Assembly: GCA_965203175.1 (NCBI GenBank)
Contig: OZ241867.1
Location: 2,336,001-2,400,000, forward strand
DNA length: 64,000 nt
From: Candidatus Latescibacterota bacterium
GTDB taxonomy: Bacteria > Latescibacterota > UBA2968 > UBA8231
Reading direction: 5' to 3'
The notes under the pieces were generated by a model, which ran no database searches, was not told the origin of the DNA, and saw nothing but the letters and a program-made list of their open reading frames with translations. Both the position numbers and the translations under genes were made by a program. Positions 40,240-48,587 of the stretch are shown here, piece by piece. Position 1 is the stretch's first letter. Every line of letters starts with the position of its first letter.

Positions 40240-42795
40240 ATGAAACCGCTATATCGCCTCAATGTCATTCCCTCTCTGCCCGAGCAACTGACGCCGCTGT
40301 GGGAGCTGGGGCATAATCTCTGGTGGAGTTGGAGCAAGGAGACCATCCGCACCCTCTACCAGATCGACCCGGAAGTATGGGTCGAGAGCCAGCGCGATCC
40401 CTTGCGCTTTTGGAGTCTCCTGCGGCCGGACCAGCTCGACGCCCTAATCGACGACGAGCAACTGCGGGGCCGCATCGAGCGCGTCGTCGAGCAATTCGAG
40501 GGCTATTTGTCCCAGCCGACTTGGTTTGGCCAGACGCACGGCGAGAGCCAGTTACAGGTTGCGTACTTCTCGGCGGAGTTCGGCCTGACCGAGAGTCTGC
40601 GCATCTATTCCGGGGGGTTAGGCGTGCTCTCCGGCGATCACCTCAAGGCCGCTAGCGATCTAGGCGTTCCCCTCATCGGGGTCGGCTTGCTCTACCGCGA
40701 GGGTTATTTCCGCCAAGCCCTCAACGCCGATGGCTGGCAGATAGAGCGCAACCCGGAAAACGACTTCTACCAGATACCCGTGCAGCCGGTCCACGGCGGC
40801 GATGGAGAGCACCTGAGCATTGAGGTTCCCTTTGCCCACGGCATGGTACAGGCGCGGATCTGGCAGGTGCTGGTGGGCCGGGTGCGGCTCTATTTGCTCG
40901 ATACCAATCTCGACGAAAACGCCCCTGTGGACCGCGATATTACCGCCCGTCTCTACGGCGGCGACGCGGCCATGCGGATCCGGCAGGAGATCCTCCTCGG
41001 CATCGGCGGTCTGCGCGCCCTGCAAGCCGTGGGCATCGAACCCACTGTCTGCCACATGAACGAGGGGCACTCGGCCTTTTTGGCGCTAGAGCGGATTCGC
41101 CGACTCATGGCCGAGCACGGCTATTCGTTTGCCACGGCCCGCGAGGCCAGCATCGTGGGCAATGTGTTTACCACGCACACCCCGGTCGCGGCAGGCAACG
41201 ACTGGTTTCCCGCGCACTTGATCGAGGCGCACTTGGGTTATTTCCGCGAGTGGCTCGGCCTGTCGCACGAGGAATTTATTGGCTTGGGCCGGGTTGACCC
41301 CCGCGATCCCCACGCCGACTTCTGCATGACGGTCTTGGCGCTCCGGCTCTCGGGCCGAGCTAATGGCGTCAGTCGCCTGCACGGCGCGGTTAGCCGCCGC
41401 ATGTGGCAGGGCCTGTGGCCCGATTTCTCAGAGCACGAAATCCCCATTGGCCACGTCACCAATGGCGTCCATATCCACACGTGGGTTTCGCTGGAAATGG
41501 CCGAGCTGTTGGACCGCCATCTCGGCGACGTCTGGCGCTTGGTATCGACCGACGAGCGGGACTGGGACCCGGTCTATCGCATCCCCGACCGCGAGCTGTG
41601 GGACACGCACCAGCAGCGACGCAAGCGGCTGATTGACGTAACTCGCCATCACCTGCGCCAGCAGATGCAGGGCCAGGGCGTGGCGGCGGCCAAAATTGAG
41701 CAGACCTTAGCGCGGCTCGACCCTGAGGTGCTGACTATTGGCTTTGCTCGCCGCTTTGCCACGTACAAGCGCGGCAACCTGATTTTCCGCAATATCGAGC
41801 GGCTCAAGGCTCTGTTCTCCGACTCTCAGCAGCCCGTGCAGATTCTCTTCGCTGGCAAGGCCCATCCCCACGATGACGCGGGCAAGGAGCTGATCCGCCA
41901 AATCGTCCACCTCGCGCGGCAAGCGCCCTTTAATGGCCGGATTTTCTTTTTACAAGACTACGACATGAATCTCGCTCGCTACTTGGTACAAGGGTGCGAT
42001 GTCTGGCTCAACAATCCCCGCCGCCCCTTGGAGGCGTCGGGTACGTCTGGCATGAAGGCTGCGGTCAATGGCGTGCTCAACGTCAGCGTATTCGACGGCT
42101 GGTGGGACGAAGCCTGCGACAACCACGCTGGTTGGACCATTGGCCGCGGCGAGGACTACGACGACGATCAGTACCAAGACGCAGTCGAGTCCAACTCGCT
42201 CTACGACCTGCTAGAGACCGAGGTGATTCCGCTGTTCTACCAGCGCGATGCGGAGGGGTTGCCCGGCGGTTGGATCGCCCGCATGAAGGAGACCATTGCC
42301 CAGCTTGTGCCGCAGTACAACACGCACCGCATGGTGCGCGAGTACGTCGAGCGGTTCTACTTGCCTGGGCAAGCTCGCTTTGCGGAATTGGCGGCTGACC
42401 GCGAGCGGGTTCAGCGGCTGACGCATTGGAAGTCGCACGTGCGCTCCAAGTGGGCGCAGGTCGAGATTGGCGCGGTGGACGCTGAATTTCCTCGGCTGCT
42501 CAAGGTGGGGATGAAGGTGCCGTTGCGCGCCGCAGTGACTTTGGGCGAGCTAACGCCAGAGGATGTCCGCGTCGAGATCTACGCCGGCCGCCTCAACGCC
42601 CAGCGCGAGTTTGCGCAGACCGAGGTGTATCCGCTGGAATTGGATGGGCATAACGGCGATGGGACTTACCACTTCGTCGGCACCTTCACGTGCGCGGCGG
42701 CTGGGTCACACGGATACACTCTGCGCGTGGTGCCTTCGCATCCCGACTTGCAAAATCCCTTGGAGATGGGGTTGGTTCACTGGGCGCAGGGGTAA
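40240..42795 (+). CDS. glgP: Alpha-glucan (glycogen) phosphorylase
   Basis: YFSAEFG, YSGGLG.L.GD, NEGH, ARRFATYKR and EASGTSGMK motifs. Confidence 0.96.
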   Translation: MKPLYRLNVIPSLPEQLTPLWELGHNLWWSWSKETIRTLYQIDPEVWVESQRDPLRFWSLLRPDQLDALIDDEQLRGRIERVVEQFEGYLSQPTWFGQTHGESQLQVAYFSAEFGLTESLRIYSGGLGVLSGDHLKAASDLGVPLIGVGLLYREGYFRQALNADGWQIERNPENDFYQIPVQPVHGGDGEHLSIEVPFAHGMVQARIWQVLVGRVRLYLLDTNLDENAPVDRDITARLYGGDAAMRIRQEILLGIGGLRALQAVGIEPTVCHMNEGHSAFLALERIRRLMAEHGYSFATAREASIVGNVFTTHTPVAAGNDWFPAHLIEAHLGYFREWLGLSHEEFIGLGRVDPRDPHADFCMTVLALRLSGRANGVSRLHGAVSRRMWQGLWPDFSEHEIPIGHVTNGVHIHTWVSLEMAELLDRHLGDVWRLVSTDERDWDPVYRIPDRELWDTHQQRRKRLIDVTRHHLRQQMQGQGVAAAKIEQTLARLDPEVLTIGFARRFATYKRGNLIFRNIERLKALFSDSQQPVQILFAGKAHPHDDAGKELIRQIVHLARQAPFNGRIFFLQDYDMNLARYLVQGCDVWLNNPRRPLEASGTSGMKAAVNGVLNVSVFDGWWDEACDNHAGWTIGRGEDYDDDQYQDAVESNSLYDLLETEVIPLFYQRDAEGLPGGWIARMKETIAQLVPQYNTHRMVREYVERFYLPGQARFAELAADRERVQRLTHWKSHVRSKWAQVEIGAVDAEFPRLLKVGMKVPLRAAVTLGELTPEDVRVEIYAGRLNAQREFAQTEVYPLELDGHNGDGTYHFVGTFTCAAAGSHGYTLRVVPSHPDLQNPLEMGLVHWAQG

Positions 42796-43358
42796 GGGAC
42801 GCACGCGTGAAAGTAATAAGGCCGCATCTTATTGATCTCTGCATTTCTAATGGAATGGTGCCTCATTCTTGCTTCTACCCAGACCGTATTGCTTTAGATA
42901 TGCCCTCAATAGTTATTATGACTTAGACGATTTTAAGGCGACGAACGCGTCCTAAAATGGCGTCCGTGTCTCTTGACGCAGAATGATAAGTGGCGTAGGT
43001 TGTTATTTGTGTTGTTTGTTTAATGGACTCTATAGCCAAACAGGATATCTCATAGTGATACTTGAAGATCAAATAGAAATTCTGCGGAGAAATTTACCTG
43101 AAATTAAGAGGCAAAAATTTTGCTTACCATTAATGGGCGGAATCATTGATACGGAAAAGGTATATGAATTTATATCACTTATACATCCTGCCAGAGACAT
43201 TTCTACGATGATCTATAGAGCCGATCCGTCGGAGAAAAAACTTACTCCAGACTTGCGTAATTGGTCCTTACGATCCAGGGATACATTTGGCGACATAAAA
43301 ACTATTCAATTGAAATCCTTTTTAAACATGATAGTTCATTCATTTTATATATATAGGG

Positions 43359-44518
43359 GGCGTTGTTGCATGAAAGCTGTGTTCGGGTCTTGAAATGAGT
43401 CAGGCTCTTCGGTTAGATTGGTTCGTGGTTTCCAGCAAGAAACACGTTCCTTTCTTCCCAAAGAGCCTGTGATGAGCAAAGTATCTGGCAGTTCGCCCTC
43501 GGTCAAGTCGCAACCGGTGTATCGGGTTAAGAATTGGTCGTCGTATAATCGGGCGTTGGTGGCTCGTGGTAGCCTGACGGTGTGGCTGGACGATGGTCTG
43601 TGGAAGCAATGGTATGCTCAGGGGCCATCGCAACGGGGTGCTCAGTTTGTCTATTCGGATCCAGCGATTGAATGGATGTTGACGATGCGGGTGTTGCTTG
43701 GGTTGCCGTTGCGCCAGACGCAGGGGTTTATCCAATCGCTGTTGGACTTGATGGGGTTGGCCTTGGCCGTGCCGGACTACTCGACCTTGTCGCGTCGCCA
43801 AGGGGCCTTGGCGGTGGAGTTGCCGAAAAAGCAGCCCGATAGCCCGGCTAGCCCGATGCACTTGGTAGTGGATTCGACGGGTTTGAAAGTCTATGGCGAG
43901 GGCGAGAGGAAAGTCCGTCAACACGGCTGGACCAAACGGCGCACGTGGCGCAAACTGCATGTGGGGGTCAACGAGGCCACCGGCGAGGTGGTCGCGCAGA
44001 CGTTGACGTCCCATCGGATCGATGATGCCTCGCAGGTGGCCCCTCTGTTGACCCAAGTCGACGAGGCGGTGGAGGCGGTAGGCGGCGATGGGGCCTATGA
44101 CAAACAGAAGGTGTTCGACGCCTTGGCCACGCGGAGTGATCCCTCGATTCGGCCGATCATCGCACTGCGCAAAGACGCTACAATCCATCAGCATGGTAAT
44201 TGTAAGGTCCCCCCGTTGGCGCGCGATGAAATCCTGCGGGCCATACGACGAAAGGGACGCAAGGAGTGGAAACAGGCCAGTGGCTATCATCGACGCTCGT
44301 TGGCCGAAACGCAAATCTATCGCTATAAGCACCTCATCGGCGACAAGCTGAAGGCGCGTAGCTGGATCAACCAACAGGTCGAAAGTCGCCTCGGCTGTGC
44401 CCTCCTCAATCGAATGATCCATGTGGGCAAACCCCAGTCGTATCGAGTAGAAAAAATCAACTGAACAAAAAACAACATTCGACAATGATGCCCCAGATAT
44501 GATTCATGCAACAACGCC
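43359..44518 (+). mobile_element. IS5 family (IS903-like) insertion sequence, 1160 bp
   Basis: Terminal IRs GGCGTTGTTGCATGAA / TTCATGCAACAACGCC; 9-bp TSD TATATAGGG at 43350-43358 and 44519-44527. Confidence 0.93.
43418..44464 (+). CDS. IS5 family DDE transposase
   Basis: NW..YN.AL..RGSLTVW, PDYSTLSRR, VDSTGLK, GDGAYD and YHRRSLAET motifs; start may be ATG 43472. Confidence 0.93.
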   Translation: MVRGFQQETRSFLPKEPVMSKVSGSSPSVKSQPVYRVKNWSSYNRALVARGSLTVWLDDGLWKQWYAQGPSQRGAQFVYSDPAIEWMLTMRVLLGLPLRQTQGFIQSLLDLMGLALAVPDYSTLSRRQGALAVELPKKQPDSPASPMHLVVDSTGLKVYGEGERKVRQHGWTKRRTWRKLHVGVNEATGEVVAQTLTSHRIDDASQVAPLLTQVDEAVEAVGGDGAYDKQKVFDALATRSDPSIRPIIALRKDATIHQHGNCKVPPLARDEILRAIRRKGRKEWKQASGYHRRSLAETQIYRYKHLIGDKLKARSWINQQVESRLGCALLNRMIHVGKPQSYRVEKIN

Positions 44519-45089
44519 TATATAGGGAAAACGATGTTATAGATGTTTCTGATGATTCTGGAAAAAGACGCATAGTTTCATACGATTTGTTTACAAGTAA
44601 CATTGAACGACTTATTCTTAATCCCGATCAAATGCTCTTGGTGACTTGCGGTTTTTCCGAAAATGAGATTATTAACAGGCAAAAGGATATTATTTCAGGA
44701 AAGACAAATTCATCGGGATTTATTACTGCTATTCCTGATGTTGTTCAATATAATTTTCTTAATCTATTCCGAGACAACAAGTTTCCCCAATTAAAAAATC
44801 ATATATGGAATAAATTTTTTTCTTCACAATCAAAACCTTTAGTTGATAGACAAACAGTAGAAGATCAGCCATTTTCCATGTCATTTAAAAAATCAATTAT
44901 TTGGAAAATAGGATGGAGAAAAGGAGATGTCTTTTCGGAATCATGGGTAAATATCCTAGACTTAATCCAAGATATTTACAATTATTATTCTGGCTCAAAA
45001 AAAACATCCCACACATAATTATATTATCCCGAGAATAGAAAGCGGGCCGCTGGCTCCTTGCAAAGCAATCCACTATCAAGAAAATCGTT

Positions 45090-45812
45090 ATGACTGATAA
45101 ACACTGCTCTAATGCCTTCGATTCTGACTTCAATGGGATCAAAGGGTTGACGTGGTTACCCTGGGTCGGGCGACGTTTCTCGAAACGTCCTCAGGGTGTC
45201 CGTCTCCTCATCGTAGGGGAGTCGTGTTACGACTGGCCCGAAGAAGGCGGGGGCAAAGATGCTCTCCAAAAGCCCAAATTTACGCGGCGTATGGTGTCCG
45301 AACACGCGATCACTAGGAAACGACGGAGCCCTACCTTTGCCAATCTCGCACTTCTACTCCTCGGAACAGGCCAGTATGAGCGAGAACGGTTCTGGAGAGA
45401 CGTAGCATTCTACAATTTGGTTCAACGGCCCATGTACGATCGTTGGGAGCGTCCAAATGGGGAAGATTTTGTTTCGGGGTGGAGCACATTTACGGATGTT
45501 ATTCGTATTCTAAAGCCGAGTCATGCTCTTTTCATCGGGGTTTCAGCGTTCAACTTCTTCAGCTACTCGATGAACGGACAGAACGCTGATTTCACGGAGG
45601 TTCAGTGGGCTGAGCAAGTCGGTCGAACCTACGGACGCAAGGCTTCCATCTCGACTGGATCAGAGGTGGTAGCTTTGATTGGTGTGCAACACACCGGCAA
45701 GTTTTTTTCTTGGTACCGTTGGAGGGATTACCTCGGAAGGCATCACAGGGACCTAACCGCCTTTATTGATGCTGAAGGCTATACAAGAGAGAGGCTGGCA
45801 TGGACTTATTGA
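45090..45812 (+). CDS. Hypothetical protein, possibly uracil-DNA glycosylase-like fold
   Basis: WLPWVG...LLIVGESCY...AFYNLVQ...L.P..ALFIG...QH pattern. Confidence 0.5.
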   Translation: MTDKHCSNAFDSDFNGIKGLTWLPWVGRRFSKRPQGVRLLIVGESCYDWPEEGGGKDALQKPKFTRRMVSEHAITRKRRSPTFANLALLLLGTGQYERERFWRDVAFYNLVQRPMYDRWERPNGEDFVSGWSTFTDVIRILKPSHALFIGVSAFNFFSYSMNGQNADFTEVQWAEQVGRTYGRKASISTGSEVVALIGVQHTGKFFSWYRWRDYLGRHHRDLTAFIDAEGYTRERLAWTY

Positions 45813-45820
45813 GGAGGCAA

Positions 45821-46075
45821 ATGAATATGCCTATCAAGCGGGAAGAACTGGACAGGCGGGAGGTCGATTTCTCGGACGTGGCCTCTGGACGACGGCTGCC
45901 GCCGGTGCATCCCGGCGAGATTCTGCGCGACGAATTTCTGACGCCCATGGAAATCAGCGTGTACCGACTTGCCCAAGCGATCAAGGTTTCGCGTCCGCGA
46001 CTGAACGATATTGTGCTTGGACGCCGGGGGATCACGACCGATACTGCGCTGCGCCTTCGTAGTGGTACATTTTGA
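45821..46075 (+). pseudogene. higA: HigA-type antitoxin, 5' part (truncated)
   Basis: PVHPGEILRDEFL.P..IS...LA....VS..RLNDI..G.RGIT.DTALRL, then a stop inside the junction motif. Confidence 0.85.
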
Positions 46076-46209
46076 AAATAATTCCGTGGCCTAAAAAATT
46101 AAGCCCAGACTCTCTGCAGACTGTACCTCCTGCCGTTTTTCTGGTCTTGAAACAGACCCTATGTGCCGTAGCCGTGTGTCGCCCTCGGTAAATTTCCTCT
46201 TGATGTTAC

Positions 46210-46224
46210 TACGGCAATGCCGTA
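46210..46224. promoter_or_regulatory. Palindromic operator upstream of the TA module
   Basis: TACGGCA-A-TGCCGTA perfect inverted repeat, 10 nt before the toxin ATG. Confidence 0.6.
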
Positions 46225-46233
46225 ATTAAGATC

Positions 46234-46581
46234 ATGCACACGGTCATCGAAACACCGACTTTCATCAGCAAATGCCGTCGCTACCAGATAAGCGACAGCG
46301 ACCGGGAGGCTATCATCGACTTTGTCGCCAATAATCCCGATGCCGGCGACGTAATCAAAGGATCAGGCGGTGCTCGCAAGCTCCGGTTCGCCGCGCCGGG
46401 AAGAGGAAAGAGCGGTGGATACCGAGTGGTGACTTTTTACAGTGGCCAAGACATTCCTGTGTTTTTGCTGTCAATCTTCGCTAAAGGCGATAAAACAAAC
46501 CTGACCGACTCGGAAGTTAGTGTTTTGCGGACTGTGTTGCGCACACTGGCAGACGAATACCAACGGAGGACCCAACCATGA
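46234..46581 (+). CDS. RelE/HigB-family toxin
   Basis: NPDAGDVI.GSGG.RKLR....GRGKSGGYRVV...FLL.IFAK motif. Confidence 0.9.
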   Translation: MHTVIETPTFISKCRRYQISDSDREAIIDFVANNPDAGDVIKGSGGARKLRFAAPGRGKSGGYRVVTFYSGQDIPVFLLSIFAKGDKTNLTDSEVSVLRTVLRTLADEYQRRTQP

Positions 46582-46871
46582 CCAAGGCTGGAGAGGAACT
46601 TATCAAGGCCGCAACGGAGGCTCTGGAAATCACGCACGGCCAAGCAGACCCAGAAAGCTACCGCGTCCACCTCCCCGACGAGATCAACGCCCGCTTGATC
46701 CGCTCGCAACTGAACATGACTCAGGACGTATTTGCCCAGACCTTTGGTATCGACATCCGCACCCTTCAGGAGTGGGAACAAGGCCGGCGGATTCCCAGTG
46801 GTCCGGCGCAAGCACTTTTGAAAATCATCTACCGGGAGCCAGAGGCTGCTAAGAGGGCGGTAGTGAGGTAG
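46578..46871 (+). CDS. XRE-HTH antitoxin
   Basis: IRSQLNMTQ..FA..FGI...TLQEWEQGRR.P.GPA..LL; ATGA overlap with the toxin. Confidence 0.9.
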   Translation: MTKAGEELIKAATEALEITHGQADPESYRVHLPDEINARLIRSQLNMTQDVFAQTFGIDIRTLQEWEQGRRIPSGPAQALLKIIYREPEAAKRAVVR

Positions 46872-46882
46872 TGGTGTACTTT

Positions 46883-47153
46883 ACGCCCATGGAAATCAGC
46901 GTGTACCGACTTGCCCAAGCGATCAAGGTTTCGCGTCCGCGACTGAACGATATTGTGCTCGGACGCCGGCGGTATCACGACCGATACTGCGCTACGCCTT
47001 GGGCGCTACTTCGGCATGACGCCTGAGTTCTGGATCAATCTTCAGACCCGCTACGATCTCGATGTCGCCGAGCGCACGACGCGTCGTCAAATCGAGCGAG
47101 AGGTAGAGACGCATGCTGCTCTGGACGGGGAATTAGGCGGTAAACGGCAGTAA
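46883..47153 (+). pseudogene. higA: HigA-type antitoxin, 3' part (frameshifted, end replaced by the cassette IR)
   Basis: TALRLGRYFGMTPEFWINLQTRYDL; lacks the N-terminus. Confidence 0.8.
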
Positions 47154-47193
47154 GGAAATTACCATCACTGGACACACATCAATATATTATCAT

Positions 47194-47308
47194 TGCCCTT
47201 ACGCATGAGGGGAGACTGTCTCCGGGTCTCCCGCTCGAATACAATAGCCTGTCCTCGGACAGGTAAATAGACGGGACTATCCGCAGAATCCCTTATGCGT
47301 AAGTGGCA
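47194..47308 (+). ncRNA. Candidate rod-shaped structured RNA
   Basis: Nested stems CTTACGCATGAGGG/CCCTTATGCGTAAG, CGGGT/ATCCG, TCCCG/CGGGA and CCTGTCC/GGACAGG; G-U pairs favour the plus strand. Confidence 0.35.
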
Positions 47309-47370
47309 GGGCCCGGTCAGTCGCCGGAATAAACAAAAACCCACATCTACTAATCAGCACAGGATTAATT

Positions 47371-47667
47371 TTGATCGAGGCCATTGTCGGAGCAGTTATA
47401 GGAGCTATTGTCACCGTTATACTTACGAGAACTCCTGTTCCTAAACTTCGACCTCTTACCTGTAAAGTACTTAGAAGGCATAAATATAAACGTAGCGAGA
47501 GCGGAGCATTGGGAGAGTGTATAAGGTGTGGTAGATATGCATGGATGGACTTATTAATTAGCAAAAAACCAAAAAAGAAAAAGCGCCTATCTACTCGGCT
47601 TCTTAGGCTGTTTGCCGGATTGATTATCTTGATCTTTTTGATCTGGCTTTCTCTGTTTGCTCGGTAA
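47371..47667 (+). CDS. Small basic membrane protein with putative zinc ribbon
   Basis: Hydrophobic N- and C-terminal helices; C...HKY...CIRCG; TTG start after AGGA. Confidence 0.45.
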   Translation: MIEAIVGAVIGAIVTVILTRTPVPKLRPLTCKVLRRHKYKRSESGALGECIRCGRYAWMDLLISKKPKKKKRLSTRLLRLFAGLIILIFLIWLSLFAR

Positions 47668-47717
47668 CGGCGTTTCAAGACACCGCTTAAGCGCATTATT
47701 AAATACTTTACGTTTTC

Positions 47718-47753
47718 TTGACATGGTTATCCCTTATAATATGATAAGGGATA
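47718..47753 (+). promoter_or_regulatory. Sigma70 promoter overlapped by a palindromic operator
   Basis: TTGACA-N16-TATGAT; perfect IR TATCCCTTAT-N6-ATAAGGGATA (47728-47753). Confidence 0.6.
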
Positions 47754-47904
47754 GCGGGTACGCGCGTATCCGCCATCTTGAGGGGGTGCCTCTCCAGCGG
47801 GAACCCAACCGCTGCGAAGCCATGTGATCGACGGGGCGAAGGGGCGGGCCGCCAAAACCCGTCTCTTGTATTTTTATAAACATTCTCGACAAGGAGACAC
47901 AACT

Positions 47905-48225
47905 ATGAGTTTATCTCGTCACGATTTTAAGGTGAGGCAAGTTGCACAGTACTACCAAAACCAAGGTTATCAAGTTCAAGCGGATATTAACGATGGGCCT
48001 TGGAATAAACCAGATTTAATACATGGGTGTTACCCTGATGTGATAGCAACGCTAATAGGCCCATCTGCAAAACATAGAGGCGAATTTATAGCAATCGAGA
48101 CAGTCATAGTTGAAGTCGAGACTGAACTATCAAAAGACGAAGATCATTCTAAAAGACAACAAGAAGCGTTTTCAAGATATGCACAAGAGAATGACAATGT
48201 ATATTTCAAACTTGTAATAGCATAG
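47905..48225 (+). CDS. Small PD-(D/E)xK-like nuclease-fold protein
   Basis: AAGGAG RBS; H...V..VA..Y...GY.V.AD...PDVIA...IVEVET pattern. Confidence 0.55.
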   Translation: MSLSRHDFKVRQVAQYYQNQGYQVQADINDGPWNKPDLIHGCYPDVIATLIGPSAKHRGEFIAIETVIVEVETELSKDEDHSKRQQEAFSRYAQENDNVYFKLVIA

Positions 48226-48406
48226 CGGCAGGAGGTACTGTTACCCTCACCTTTCGTCAAGTTTTGTGCCACGTTAAACGCTTGACTCTAAATCAGGCGT
48301 CCCTGAACATGACGGCAACCGCTGTCGCTAGGGTTGACAGGTGCAATACCTCCCCCGCTATGCCTTACTGCCGCTTTCCGCCTAATTCCCTCTGGACGCG
48401 ACGGCC

Positions 48407-48499
48407 CTAGATTGATGGGCGATATTCACGCTCGACCAATCCCACCTTTCGCTTGGCTGCCCAAACGGTGTTGTAGAGCAACAGCGCGATTGTCGTCGG
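48407..48499 (-). pseudogene. Displaced 3' end of folD (PTTIALLLYNTVWAAKRKVGLVEREYRPSI*)
   Basis: 48437-48499 vs folD 53682-53744: 21 codons, 6 mismatches, 5 synonymous. Confidence 0.85.
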
Positions 48500-48587
48500 T
48501 AGTGGGTTACTTTGAACTTGTGGGTATAAAAAGGCTCCCTTGGCACTGTTCTTGCCGAGGGGGCTTGCTGTAGGGAAAACGGAATAC

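Larger units (their letters stand above)
42983..45018 (+). pseudogene. AT-rich hypothetical gene interrupted by IS5
   Basis: Removing 43359-44527 joins ...IVHSFYIYR to ENDVIDVSDD... in frame; true start uncertain. Confidence 0.75.
45941..47000. repeat. ~117-bp direct duplication of internal higA flanking the RelE/HTH module
   Basis: 45941-46057 vs 46883-47000; the second copy carries a +1 nt frameshift. Confidence 0.9.
47128..48390. mobile_element. Non-autonomous TIR cassette with passenger genes (IS1595-like ends, no transposase)
   Basis: TIRs GGGAATTAGGCGG(T/A)AA(A/G)CGGCAGTAAGG (26/28 identical); 8-bp TSD TCTGGACG at 47120-47127 and 48391-48398. Confidence 0.85.

Noticed and set aside
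44897-45142. Minus-strand ORF containing MCG..., suggestive of a class II glutamine amidotransferase start
   Set aside because: It stops after about 40 codons, and the plus strand is supported as coding by the in-frame rejoin across IS5.
47750-47870. HDV-like ribozyme in the structured leader
   Set aside because: I could not build the nested double pseudoknot (P1, P1.1, P2); kept only as a structured leader.
48220-48363. 6S RNA or folate riboswitch assignment for the hairpin near the folD fragment
   Set aside because: It lies inside the TIR cassette, downstream rather than upstream of folD, and lacks the symmetric central bubble of 6S.
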